From Octopus vulgaris (lineage: Eukaryota): a DNA stretch of 64,000 bases. The DNA is taken from contig OX597815.1 of assembly GCA_951406725.2 (NCBI GenBank), positions 71,734,001 through 71,798,000 of the forward strand, read 5' to 3'. The translations under genes were made by a program, and so were the position numbers. A model generated the notes under the pieces. That model saw only the letters and a list, made by a program, of their open reading frames with translations, was not told where the DNA came from and searched no databases. This document shows, piece by piece, positions 24,821 through 38,835 of this stretch (position 1 is the first letter of the stretch; each line of letters opens with the position of its first letter).

Positions 24821-25517
24821 ATTTTTTTAGGAACACAGCTTCAACAGTTATAGAAATATTTTGAACTTTTAAATTTCTAAATGAAATTCTTTTATGTCTA
24901 CTGTTTCCATTAATTCTGGTTGCGATTCTGTACGGAATGGAGTTGTCTCACTTCAGTTTTGTTGCCAATGTCTTTTACTAAAGGCATAAGTATCGTTTCC
25001 TTCGAAGTCCGTTATTAACCTGAAGTTTTGTATCCAACAAATAATATTGCATTGAAGTATGGCAAAAGGGCCAAATCACCCATTAAGTTTGTTGGAACAA
25101 TCTGCTGTTGTTTATCCCCAAGACAGCTATGACTGAGCAGAACTATTATCGAAAACATCCCATCCTGACCATCATACGGCGGTATAACTTTGGATGTGCT
25201 TGGTAGTCTATTGATTCGGCTGGGTGGCCACTTTGGAATGGAGAGGGGCAATTGCTGTAATCGAAGTATGCTGCGTTTAAAGAACACTCGAATTGGCTAC
25301 TGCATAGGGCAGCCCAAACCCTCGTCACGCCTTGCCATCACTTTGCTTTTTATATCAAAGGTTACATTATCCAATGTACCTTTAATTTTGAAGGTGATAT
25401 TGTGCTATTTTAAAGATAATCAACTGCTGTTCGTGACAGGACAGCGAGCGTATGATTTAGAATCTCTCATTTGTTAGGTTTGTTGGATCAAGACCATTCC
25501 TGTTACTCAACTCACCT

Positions 25518-26246
25518 GGGATCTTTTCTGTTTGGCTGCACCTGGAGGAATTTTAAAATTTGGTGTATTGGTGTAATTTTCCACGCCGAATCTCATCGGC
25601 TAATTCACTTTTTCCAGAAAAAAGAAAAAACCTTTTTAAAAAGTTAGAGGTTTCATTTTTACCCTGTCAGAAAACAGGATCTGGAAGCTGTCATTTTGTG
25701 AGTGACTGCACGTGTTGTCAACTGTAAATAAATGAAATATTGGCGGAATTTTTTTTACGCGTGCCATATAACCCCTCATAACTTATATATATATATATAT
25801 ATATTTTAGAATTTTCAGAAAAATTTTGCCAATTTGTATTCTCACGGGAATTCACACGATTATGCAAAAACCAAACACAAAAAAAATTTGGTGCGTGATT
25901 TAAGGCCTATTTAGCTATTATTTTAAGCATATATCACGAACACCTCATACCACGTGTTTTAAGCAATTAATAAATAAAAAAATAACCACATGGGTAAACA
26001 GCTTGGTAACAGCTTGGCTTGTTACTATTGAAACAGGCACCTATGTTTCTGTGGCTTTCGATTGGTTAAAATTACCCAAAATTTGCAAACTTTAAAAGTT
26101 ATTAACTCTTTATTTATTGATTTATGGCGAAAATGAATTTCATGTCAATGATTTCTTTATAAAACTATATCAATACACCAAATATGAAATCAATTGGATC
26201 AAAAATCGAAAAAATTGAAAAGTGACAGCCAAACAGGAAAGATCCC
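25518..26246. mobile_element. About 730-bp non-autonomous DNA transposon with about 24-bp TIRs
   Basis: gggatcttttctgtttggctgcac vs gtgacagccaaacaggaaagatccc; subterminal tttggtgtattg / caatacaccaaa also inverted; superfamily unassigned. Confidence 0.75.
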
Positions 26247-26729
26247 TCATCTGAAACATTTTAAAGACCTCAGTCGTATTGTCTCTCCATATGCACAATT
26301 TGGTTACCACACAGCGCGGTCAAAAAAAGAAGAAAACTTCGCCGTACCACAGCCATTACGTAGGCTTTTATATTAGGGACTATATTATCCAATGTGCCTT
26401 TCCTTTTTGAAGATGGTATATAGTACGATTTGAAGGATGATCGACAGCGCGTGATCAAACTATTCCTGTGCGTACCTAGAAAAAGAAAAGAAATACTGGC
26501 TTTTGAGTGCTTGGTAGGTCTCCCTTAGTAGGTGTGTAACTCTATATGCTTTTTTATTGCATTGGCAACCGCATGCAGGCTTCTCTTTTCATTTCAAATC
26601 ATCCTTGATCCTTCCTCACCCAGCACAACAATGCTGTGCTTTTTAAAAAGCTCAGCTGCCTAAGAATGCCTCTCTCCCTTCCTCTCTTTCTCTCTTTCCC
26701 ATCCCCTACCTTGCCCCATCCAACGTCTG

Positions 26730-26743
26730 GTTGCCATGACAAC
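26730..26743. promoter_or_regulatory. RFX X-box GTTGCCATGACAAC
   Basis: 13/14 match to GTTGCCATGGCAAC, in unique sequence upstream of candidate exons. Confidence 0.55.
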
Positions 26744-26949
26744 TGTCTGATCAATTTTCTGTCCAGGCCAGCGTGCAGGAGGAGGAGGAGTCCAGTTATT
26801 ATTATTATTGTTGTTGTAGTGTATGCCTATCAATTGTGTAAAGGAAGAGTAGGTAGGTATGTATGTAGGTGGGGCGAGTAGGTAAGTTGGTAGGTAGGTA
26901 GGTAGGTAGGTTGGTTGGTAGGTAGGTAGATAGACAGGCAGGCAGCTGG

Positions 26950-27365
26950 CTATTTCTGCCTATTTGCTTTAGAGCTAAATAAACACTGGTTAGTCAGGCT
27001 GTGCTCACTCACTCACTGACTTGACTGACTGACTGCCTCGAGGTCCAATGTTGGAAGAGTTCAAAAGATATTGGACTACCAGTGCAAAGGGATGGGGGAG
27101 ATCGGTTGAGCGGCTGATGATGATGATGATGATGGTGGTGGCGGCGGCGGTGATGGTGACGACGACGACGAAGACGATACTAAAGTTATAAAGTGTGGGA
27201 GTGGAAGGAGGGGAATAGCTGTAGCTTTAGTGGACAAGGTGGGATTGGCATTCAAAGACAAGTAGAGGTGGTGTGGGTGTGGAGATGGGTGGAGGTGGGG
27301 GGATGGAGAGCAGGAAGGGACGGAGAATGATTAGTCTTTATTGTGGTCTCTTTACTGTCCAGTTG
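26950..27365 (+). other. Candidate first (5' UTR) exon
   Basis: TE-free purine-rich segment ending in donor TTG|GTAAGT at 27366; start coordinate is a guess. Confidence 0.35.
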
Positions 27366-28690
27366 GTAAGTTCATCTTCAGCATAATCATTCTCCAGCCA
27401 TTTCGCTCTTCTTTATCCCCAGACAATCAGTAAATGCGTGAGCGACAAAGAGAGAGAGAGAAAGAGAGGGTATGTGTGGTTCTCCCTTCTCTCTCTCTTA
27501 TTCTTTAGAAAGAAAGAACACGTGACTGTACCTACATGCTCTTATTTACTCTGAAGTATTTTTTTTATATATTTACTATTCAATATGGTAGTTATATATA
27601 TATAGTTGTATATTAAATTGTTTTTATAACTCCACATAAAAACATTTACACACTCATACACATGTATGTACACCTTTGATTGTTTTATTATGTTCATGTT
27701 GATGATGATGGTTAACTGATGATAATGAAAGGGATAAATGATTGAAAGTAATGCTAATGATAGTGATAGCACTGTACAAAGGTGTGCGAGAAAGTGGGAC
27801 ACATACACACACGTGTGTGTGCGTCCCACTTTCTCAGCATCACTATTTCCTTTCCTCTGTGTATGTATAGATAGATATAAATAGATATTCTTTTACTTGT
27901 TTCAGTCATTAGACTGCGACCATGCTGGAGCACTACCTTCAAGGTTTTAGTCGAACAAATCGACCCCAAGACATTTTTTTTTTGAAGCCTAGTACTTTGT
28001 CTATTGCTCTTCTTTGCCGAACCGCTAAGTTACGGGGACGTAAACACACCAAAACTGGTTGTCAACGAGGGGGCGGGTACAAACACAGACAAGTATATAT
28101 CTATCTATATATACGTAGATATGTTTGTGTCTTCTAATTGATGCGAATTTCGTATGGTGAGGATAAACTATTTAGAATGTTTTCATGGGGGGAAGGGGTT
28201 TAGACCGTTTGTGATTTTTTTTTCTTCATAGAGTGCATAACCTTCCTAAATAGCATCCAGCATTTATTTATCATAACGTCTGTTTATTTATTTCCAGCGA
28301 TCTTGTTCTAGTCATCGTTGGATTAATCTCTTGCGAATTTACGGTGTAGAAAAGTCTGCAATTAAAAGGACAAGCTCCAGCGCATGTAGTTTACTGTAAT
28401 ATAGATACTGTCATTTAAGCTTTGTTAACATAGCATAGCCGATGTGGTCTTCGACATCAGCAACGATGGTAGTTGATAGTGGTGGTGGTGGTGGAAGACA
28501 ACACCAACAACAACAGTTAAAGAATTAATTGTAGCAGCAGCAGCAGCAACAACAGTAGCAGCGGCAACGCCAGCAGCAGTAGCAATACTAGCAGCAGCAA
28601 TATAATCACTGTTTTAAAAGAGACAGACATGTGCTTGGTGGGTTGATATGAATATAGACAGGGAAATCTGGGATGTGGGTTTTTCATAAA

Positions 28691-28754
28691 ATGGCTAAAG
28701 GATTCTTCGACGAAAGGGTACAGCTTAACGGAGGACAGTTGCAGGTGGCTAAAG
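28691..28754 (+). CDS. Candidate first coding segment MAKGFFDERVQLNGGQLQVAK (phase 1), in a possible exon 28298-28754
   Basis: aaaATGG start context, donor AAG|GTACGA at 28755, acceptor tttatttatttccag| at 28297; product not recognised. Confidence 0.45.
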
Positions 28755-29164
28755 GTACGATTAAAAGTTGGTTAATATCACTCCTTGTTCATCTATTATG
28801 CAGGCTCTGTGTGTGTGTTTTTGTCTTTATTCATTTCGTTTTAAATCCGTTCGCTTTCGGTGATCGTTCTGTCAAAATAGATGTCCGATTTTGATGTGTT
28901 TTGTTGACATTTCTGTCCTTTTTTTTTTTTTTCTTGTTTAAGCATATTGTATACCTAGATAACCGTTGACACATCGCTATGAACTTGAAATTATTACATT
29001 TCTAGCATCACCTCCCCGACTCCTCTGCTCGCCATTTGACCGAAGACAAGTGTGTGTGACACAGTGCTCTCCCCTTATTTACTTCCGCTCAGCGTTTTCG
29101 CTTTTCTCTCATTCTCACCTCCTCATCTCTTTATTCTGTCGTTTCTACTGATGACCATCGTCTC

Positions 29165-29590
29165 TGATCTTTACCTTTCATCCTTTCGGAGGCGATAAAA
29201 AAATTGCTTAGCGGCATTTCTTCCGGTTCTTTAAGTTCAGAGTTCAAATTCCACTGAGGTCGGTATCGCCTGTCATCCTCCGAGGTCGATAAAATAAGTA
29301 CCAATCTAGTACTGGGGGTCGACGTAATCGACTATGCCCCTCCCACAAAATTTGAAACCTTTTTCCTATGGTAGAAAGGATTGGGAAGCTGGTAGAATCG
29401 TTAGCACGCCGGACAAAATGCTTAGTGGCATTTCGTCTGTCTACGCTTTGGAATCAAATACCGTCAACTTTGTCATTCATCCTTTCGTGGTCGATAAAAT
29501 AGGTACCAGTTGAGCACTATGGTCGATGTAATTGATTAGCTCCTTCCCTTAAAATTCCAGGCCGTCTGCCTATAGTAGAAAGGATTATTG
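29165..29590 (+). mobile_element. Tandem SINE family A copies
   Basis: Two near-complete copies plus a fragment, head to tail. Confidence 0.85.
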
Positions 29591-30963
29591 TTATGGATAT
29601 TATTATTCACCGTATTTCTACATCGTATTTTTTAAACTTGTCTCTTTTTATTGTACTATCACTGCATTCATTGTTTGCAAACAACGTAAATTGGCCGGTA
29701 CAAAGGTATAACTATTTTTTGATTCCTCAGAATTTCTTGCAATGAGATTTTACAAGATATACATTTTTAACGGTGTAGATTACAATTGTGTTGATGAATT
29801 TTTTTTTTTTTTTTTTGAAAAAGTGTTTCACATCATTCACCAACCACCGTCATACCTGGACTTTATTTCTTCATAATTCTCTTTAAAATGCATATTTTTT
29901 AAATTTCTTGTAGAAATAGTTTTTGACAATAGAGTATGAAATGTTAATATTTCAAACATGAATCTGGAGAAAATGTGAAAAACGCTGATGTTACGGAAAT
30001 CGAGGACGATAAACAATCACGGGAAAGAGAAAGGATTATCGGAAAATTCTTCCCTTAGTTTTATTCCATAGTCGTCGTAATCAACACCCTCGAAAGCGTA
30101 TAACTGCAAATTTTTTTTTTAAAGCATGGGCTTTTCAGAAAGTTATGAGAAGACAGTCAGGCTGTAATTATTCCTGTACCAAACTTTTAACCAATCTAAA
30201 GTATAGAGAACAATGAAATTGATAATTTGTCTCCAGCACGTCTTGTCACCTACATACATACGTACATACATTGGTCAAGACACTTTCTCAATGTGCTATG
30301 TACTAGAAACGAACTTAACCACATAAGACATGTTGCGCATTTACATTTTTAAAAAATAACTAAAATTTTAAATATTAAATTTATCAATAAATTGAATTAT
30401 CTTATATAGCAATCCCACCAAACTTTTCACGTAATTACTTTCCCTCTTACTATGACTTCAAATCTGAAGGATTTCGTTTTCAAGATTCTTTATGTGAACT
30501 CGTGTGATTCTGTTCTGTCTAGGGTGGGTAATTATGCCATAACAATAAATTGGAAAAATTTCTTCGTAAAAGCATATGTCAATATGTTGATTTGATGTGT
30601 TGCTTTTATATATATATATATATGCATATTTGGAGACTTCAATCTCTGGGACCTATTAGTAGTATACGTTGCGAGAAAGTTGGAACTAGGGAGTGGCAGA
30701 AGCAGGAGATTGTCACTTAGGTGGTTTAATTGAAGGGGTGTGCAGAGGTGAACAACCAATATATGTATATTAGAGCTAGGGAACGGAAAATTAATGTGTG
30801 TGTATGTATATATATATATATATATATTCTCAAAACATTTTAATGCGAATTACGTTTTTAGAAGCTGGGGTATTTTAAAATGAAAAGAAACGGTAAATTT
30901 TTATCCCCCACACACACACACAAGAAATTCCATTTTATTTGTGGTAGCTATTCCGAAAGTCTG

Positions 30964-31007
<44 letters not shown>

Positions 31008-32150
31008 CGTACACACAAACATCTTCCCCCACCCTCGCCAACATCTGTGAAATAAGTAAAGTGTCCTCTTATTATTCTGTCCACTGAGCTGACGACCTAA
31101 ATTCCTTGCCGCGAGAGAGGAAAAAAAAAAGAACATGAATAATTAGAACCCAATGGTTTTGTATTATTTGACAGTGACGGTGATTGTGATTGTGGTGGTG
31201 GTTATAGTCATTGTAGTGGTGTTGATGGTATGATTTGGGCTGGACTTAATTTGTCCGCTGTCTACTGTTTTTCACATACCATTGCCACATCCCGCCATTC
31301 TCCTGCTTTCACCTCGTGTGTTTGCACGTTTTCCCTTTCATCACACATCCCCTTCCCTTTCTCTCTCTCTCTTACTCATACTCAAGCTTGAGGTGGTTGT
31401 TGTGATGGCTATGTTGGTTAAGGTGGTGCTGATGGCGATTTTATGTGATGGTAGTGGTGGTTAGAGTTTTCTTCTTCCAACCCCTATCGCTGCTGCTGCT
31501 GCTCCATACTGACACTTATAGTGATGATGGTTGTTATTGTGGTGGTGGCGGCAGTACAACTTGACAAGTAGTGAATTCATGGTATTCCCTACACATCTTT
31601 CTTTCTATCCGTTTGTATATATACCTAGCCAGCCATCTATCTACTCCACGAAGCGCGCTGGTTCTCCGTCTCCTCTGAAGCGAAGTGCCTATATTTTAAG
31701 GCTAAAACCACTCGCGAAACTCAAAACAGGGAACATAGAGCATCAGGGGAGTAGTGCGGTGACGCGACGCAGGAGTGCTTAGAATGGAACGGCGTAGCTT
31801 CACCCTAACCCTTGTTCTCACCTTCGCCAACTTTAACAGACGCACTTGATGTACCTCAAGTTAGTGACAAGAACACAAGAAATGGAAATCAAGATTTGTT
31901 TTTAACTGTGTAACTCGAAGTAGATAGAGCTATAAATAAATAATAGCGTGTAACTATTGGATTGGGGGGAAAAATCCTTCTGGTAGAATATCTTCCACCG
32001 TTAAAAATGAATTATCAAAGATATCACTTTCGTTTTCCTGGTGTGTGTGTACCTTTTCTCCAATATTAATTTATAAGTCTATTTTGGTGTGTATGCTGTT
32101 TTCCTACTTCCTCCTTTATTCTCTGGGGGTTGGCCATCTGACTTTAAAAA

Positions 32151-32198
<48 letters not shown>

Positions 32199-32250
32199 AA
32201 CTGTAAAGCTTTTTGCAGTTTAGCTTCTTCAGCTATTCTCCCAGTGGCTA

Positions 32251-32263
32251 GTTGCTAGGTAAC
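32251..32263. promoter_or_regulatory. RFX-like site GTTGCTAGGTAAC
   Basis: 13-bp X-box variant at the CpG-rich/CpG-poor boundary. Confidence 0.4.
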
Positions 32264-35200
32264 CGTCACTCAGGAATGGTATCTATGCAATACTCACCCT
32301 CTTATTTTCTCTCGTTCTTTCTCTCTATGTTCCCCCCCCACCTCTGGACTAAAACAGTCTTGTTTTGCCCTCTCCATCCATTCAACTATAGCAAGGAAAA
32401 TGCGTGTGCTGGAGAGGGAAGGAGAAGAGATAAGTTTGTAAACCTTTTATCCTCTATCTCCCTTCACTGTCTGTTTCTCTCTCTCCTACCTCTCCCATTG
32501 CTTTCTTGTTCAGTCTTTTCCTCCAAAATCTCTTACACATATCTATAACGCCTTTCCCTTCCTGGTTAAGCTCCTATACAGTTGTCTGTCTGCTGTGTCC
32601 TCAAACATCTACCGTTTAGCTTTTCATATGCCACCCTTTTTCCAGCCTCCTACTTTTTACTATTAAGGAGCTGAACTATTTCCAAAAACATCATCCATCT
32701 ACTAATACAAATTTCAAAACAGCATTCCCCTTAGGGAACTTGTATTCCATATATATATATCATATATTTCAATTTTTTTCCCCAAAATTCGTTTATTTCT
32801 TTATCTCAAGCAATCTCTTCAGGATTAATTTTTGCTATTCTCTGAGGAATTAGGTACATGACAGTTAAATAAATTAATGCTTTAAAGGCAAGAGATTTTG
32901 TATGAAGGGTCCGAAGGTAGGGGGTGTATTGTGCTCTGTTTTTCTTGCTCTCAGCTATGTCTTTGTCTCAGCTTCAAAGCATGTTGCAGTGTCTTAGGGA
33001 TGGAGGTCAATCAACCTTGCTGAAAACAGCTAACCCATTGCCACTGCATGCTTGAAGAGTTAACTAAGAAAGGGCACCAACCAGTCTGTAAATTTACTTG
33101 CTATCTGCAATGCATGCAAATAGCTAAAAAACCAGCCAACCTATACAACAACAACAATGATAATAATAAATGCTGTGACAAATTCTGTAGAGATAAAATA
33201 GATTTCACATGCTCTTGAATTGTAATTTAATTTTTTTTTTTTAATTGTTTTCTTCCTAAATCTTTTTAACTTGTTTCAGTCATTGGACTGCAGCTATGCT
33301 GGAACACTGACTTGCAAGGTTTTAGTACTTAGATCTTGTACTTATTTTATTGGTCTCTGGCTGAACTGCCAAGTTAAGAAGACAGAAACAAACCAACACT
33401 GATTTTCAAGCTATGCAGGGTACAGACACAAGCACATACATGCATATATATATATATGTATATGACAGGTTTCCACAAAATTTGTCTACCAAACTCATTC
33501 ACAAGACATTGGTCAGCTCAAGACACTTGCTGAAGGTTCCATGCAGTGGAACTGAACTTGTAACCCTATGGTCTTTTCTTTTACATATCTCTTTCTTCAG
33601 GATACAATAGAGTAGCTCAGCTCTCGGAGAGTGGGGCAGTTTCCAAATTTTTTTAAGCTTATCGCAAAATGATCCAAAGTAACGACGGTTACTTGATTTC
33701 TTGCTGTTGCTGATCTTCATTGCTTACCTTGATTAGATGGGGTTGTGATCAAAACAGGTCTTCTAAGATCTCAAAGTTAAGATAATAGCTAAATTACCAG
33801 ACTTTCTAGTGAAGCTGACTTCACAATTAGTCAACATGCTGCTTAAAAGAGAATTATTTAATGGTGTGATTGTGTGGTAAGAAGTTGGCTTTCAAACCAC
33901 ATTGCTTCTGGTTCAGTCCCACTACATGGCACTTTGGACAAGGGTCTTCTCTGTCCTTAAGCCAACCAAATCCTCTTGCATTTAATAGATGGACACTAAA
34001 AGTACATTGTGCATGCATGTGTGTGTGTGCATGGGTTATTGTTTCTTTGCCTTGATTTAACATGATTGTTGTAAATGAGCATCACTGTCATGCAAGCAGT
34101 GCCCTTTGTTTTCAGTCTCCCGTAAAAACATGTCTAGTCATGGGGAAATATTACCTTGTTTGGAAACAGGTGAGGGTTGACAACAGGAAGGGCATCCAGC
34201 TGTAGAAAATTCACCTTCACAAATTCTGTCTCACCCATGCAAGCATGGAAAAGTAGTTGTTAAAACAATGATGACGTTTAACATGCAAAAAATTGCAGCA
34301 GAACACCAATGTAGGGGTCCTTGTTGTTTACAAGAATCAGTTTTGTTACACAAACATATATCTTTAACCCTTTAGCATTTAAACTGGCCGTGTCCAGCCC
34401 TAATATTCTATCTGATTTATGTTCAAAGTGGCCAGATCCAACCTGTCACACCTACCCTACAATGTCATTCTAAGAGTAAACAATCACATTATTGAAATCT
34501 CAAAGTTACAAGATAATGCATGATTAATTCAAAGCAATATCAATAAATAAGCAATACAATGGACAGAGAAACCTGAATGCTAAAGGGGTAAGTAATTTGG
34601 AGAGTGTTTTTGTGAAGCAATTGATTTAAATGAGCCCCATTTCAAAGGTTTTGTTAGTCTCCAGAATTATTTATCAGTCCCGGAGTTAATGTATCTTCTT
34701 TGATGTAATCCCTCATTTAGAGTTTTATTTGGCCCTGCAACTAATTAAAAGTTTAGCCGATGTGAAATTTCATTCTGGACCCTCTTTGACCTAATGATTT
34801 GGGAATCGGGAATTTTTGCAGGCATGGTTGAGTAGTTAAGAGGTTTGCTTTGCAACCTTGTGATTTCATGTTCAGTCCCACTGTGCAGTACTTTCAGCAA
34901 ATTTCTTCTAAATCCATGCACTAACCACTTGTAAACATAAACTGTGAAAAAGCCCACCCATCATGTCATCAATTCATGTTTGTGATCCTATATAACAGTG
35001 TTAGTTTGTTTACATCCCCATAGCTTGGCAATTTGGCAAAAGAGACATCATAGAATAAGTACTGGGGTCAATTTCTTTGATTTAACCTGTGATGTGGGTG
35101 CCCTAGCACAGCTACAATCCAGTGATACAAACAAGCTAAAAGAAAAAATAATTTCTCTCCCTTGTTTTCCCCCTTTTTTTCATATTCATTCTTCTGTGGT

Positions 35201-37884
35201 GGATAACACCTCTCACTTCAACTTTGGCTCTACTAGAGAAGTGAATAAAACACTACAACTGAGGGAGAAACTTGGTTTAAACCCAGGGCTGAGTAAATCA
35301 ACAAATAAAGTTTGGGATAACATAGTCAAAGCATTTTTTCTTCTTCATCATCAGTGTTCTTATGTCCACTTTTCAGTGGTTTCATGAGTCATGTGGAGTT
35401 TATGGAGGCAGATTATCTACGGCCAGATGCGCTTCCTGTCATCAACCCTGACCTGTTTCCAATTAAGGTAGTATTTCCCCATGGCCAGACATGTTTTCAT
35501 TAAATATTGGAAATTGACAGTTTGTATGACTGACACTCAGTTACAGCTATCACTCTTATGTGAAGATAAAGACTCAAAGAAACACACGTATATGTATATA
35601 CATACATGCATGATGGGCTTCATTCAGTTTCCAGCTGCTAAATGCATTCACAAGGCTTTGGTCAGCCCATGGCTATAATAGAAAACACCCAAGGTGCCAT
35701 GCAATAGAACTGAATGTGAAACCATGTTGGTAAGCAACTACATATACGATATACATCTAAGATATTGTTTACTTCCTGTGAGTGCAAAATATTGTGATTG
35801 GATTGACATTTTCTTTCTAGCACAAGCATCTGTGTCTTGCTTATTCCAGATGTGCTGCTCTATATTTTCATCATTCATAGAGCTGGCTGGCGCCGGGTGT
35901 ATGTGGAAGAATGAGATGTCAGTGTGACTGGTCCCTTGATGCAAATATATTTTATCGACTGAATGTGTGTTGTTTCCCTGAACATCATCATTTAACATTT
36001 ACTTTTCCATGCTTGCATGAGTTGGCCAAATTTGTTGAAGCTGGTTTTTGACAGCTGGATGCCCTTGTGCTAACCCTCACCCATTTCTAAGCAAGCTCAT
36101 ATTTTAACTTTGGAGACAGGAAATGAACATTGTTTGTATGATAGTGATGCCTATTTATGATCATCATTTTACACACACATGATGGACTTCTCACAGCTTC
36201 CATTCACAAGGCTTTGGTCAGTCTGGGGTTATAGTGGAAGATACTTGCCCAAAGTGCTGTACAGTGGGATTGAACTCAAGATCACATGGTTGGTAAGCGA
36301 GTTTCTTAACTACACAGCCATGCCTGTACCTACTGAGACATTCTGAGATAAATTTAATTTTAAAGCAATCTCTGGTAAAAATAAATACCTCCTTAATTTT
36401 GTAACCTGTGGGTCTGTTTAGGGATAAAGCTAGGCCCCCAAGGCTTTAACCTTACTACATTCTTGGGCTAGAGACAGATGCCTCAACCCTTTGCATTTAA
36501 TCCGACCATATCCAGCTGAAATATTCTACCTTTTTTTATGTTGAAACTGACCAGATCCAACCTCTCACACCTACCCTACAATGTAATTCTAAAAATCTTG
36601 ATGCTACAAGATAATGCATGGTGAATAAATACGTAATACATTTGACAAAGAAAGCTGAATACTAAAGGGTTAAATGGCGGCTCTATAATGATTGTTTCAT
36701 GGTTCTTTCAATCCCTCATATATTGTAAATGCTTCATTAGATATGGGGCATAACACCATCTGTGGGTGAACAACCAAAATGCAGAAGTATTGCCAAATGC
36801 AGGTAAACATTTTTCATCTCCTGGTATTTGAAGTGTTGAGCCTATTACCTACAAAGTTCTCATCTGAGTAAAGTGTCTGTTGATGCTTAAGAAGATACCT
36901 GGCTGTTCCAGCATCTCAGCTTCATAGATAGATCACTTACAGTAATGTTGCAAGTGTCATGGGTTGATAAAGTGGTGGGAGAGTATATAAGGGTATTTGA
37001 GTATTTGGTTGTATACCAAGAAAACTCCTTTAACTCCTTCATTAGCCACACTTCTACTGAAATACAATGCCTTTCACCATCATCATCATAATTTAACATC
37101 CATTCTCCATGCCAGCATGTGTTGGCCAGTTTGACAGGAGTAGTTGGCCTGTTTGACAGGAGTAGTTGGCCTGCTGCTGAGCTGCCTGGGTCCCATTTGT
37201 TTTTGCATGGTTTCTATATAACTCTTCCTAATGCCAACCACTTTACAAAATGTACTGGGTGCTTTTACATGGTACATTACAGGTGTTTTTATGTGGCACC
37301 AGCACCCACAAGACTAGGATCTCTTGGCTGAAAGAACGATGTAGAGGACATGCCTGTATGCATGGACAGCCACAATTTTACTTAGTTTGGCTTGTCTTCT
37401 TTGTTTCAATTAGTTTTGAAAATAACAAAGGATTTAATAAAATATCATTGCCATTATTAACTCCATGTTTGGACCATCATCATTTTATCATCCTCTTTTC
37501 CATGTTCACATGGAAACTGGGTAACCAGCCTTATGGGTCCTAGTTCCAGGACTATAATTTCCAGGGGTCAATGATGATAGATGAAATGTCACAACCAAAG
37601 GCAAATTGTTCTTTCTATTTGGCTTCTGTGGTTATTATTGTTGTTCCTGGTTGTTGAGGACAGCAGCATCAACCACAACATAAACATCAGAAGCCACTCA
37701 TTTCATGCTTCAGTTGTTGGAGGTTATTTTATTATTCCAACAATTAAAATATCTCTCCAATTATCTATATAGTGGTGGTATGTATTTGCATGTGGGGCAG
37801 GGTAAATACATGTTAAAAGCAACAAAAATCAAACCTGTAAGCCTTGGTAGTAATTTAATACAGTTTCTTTCTCACTTTATAATA

Positions 37885-37935
<51 letters not shown>

Positions 37936-38699
37936 TCCCTCCCTCCCTCTCCAAGCATCATTGCTAGACATCAGTCTGTCATTACTGCTGGGTTTTCCAG
38001 TTCAGATGAACTTTACATTTGAGATGTGAGAAGCTTCTTACCAGCTAGCCTACATTTTATGAAACCTTATAGCTTTTTGTTCGGTTGTCCTTATCATATG
38101 ATCTGCAACAGTATAAAGAGAGAATATCTCTCTCTCTCTTATGTGAAAGCCATTTTTTTCTTCATATGAAGAATTAGAAATATTGGACCTGGTGGAAGCC
38201 CTTAGGGTGTTCTAATGATAGCCATTTCATCATCAACACCACTTAAGTCTTTAGCATTCAGATTACTCTGTCTAATTCACATTTTCTATTGATTACTCAT
38301 TATCTTGCAGCTTTGAGATTTCGATGATATCATTGTTTATTTTTACAATGATATTGTGGGTGAGGTGTGAGAGACCAGATATAGCCAGCTTGAAAATAAA
38401 ATAAGTAGAATATTTGGGTGGTTTAAATACTGAAGGGTTAATGTCTGTTTTTCCACGCTGGTATCAGTTGGGCAGTTTGACATGGGCTGGCAAGCCAGAA
38501 AACTGTGCTCAACTCCAGTGTCTTCCTTGGCATGTGGTTGGATACATTCCCTAACACCAGCCACTTCACAGAGTGTATTGAGTACTTTTCGTGTGTTTGT
38601 GGAATTGAAAAGTTTGCTTTCTACGAACATGGTTTTGGGTTTAATTAGAAGAGAATGAAAAGGTAAAAAAAACCTGAGGTGGAGTAAAAGAAAAAAATA

Positions 38700-38741
38700 T
38701 AAATGCATGCATGTGTATATACGTATATATATGTGTGTGTG

Positions 38742-38772
<31 letters not shown>

Positions 38773-38783
38773 GTCTATATATA

Positions 38784-38835
<52 letters not shown>

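Noticed and set aside
31803-31812. Telomere-like ccctaaccct
   Set aside because: Fewer than two units; expected by chance
35770-35960. Non-repetitive segment with several AG acceptors and open frames on both strands
   Set aside because: No consistent acceptor-donor-frame combination or recognisable peptide; similar unresolved candidates at 36741-36802 and 51225-51289
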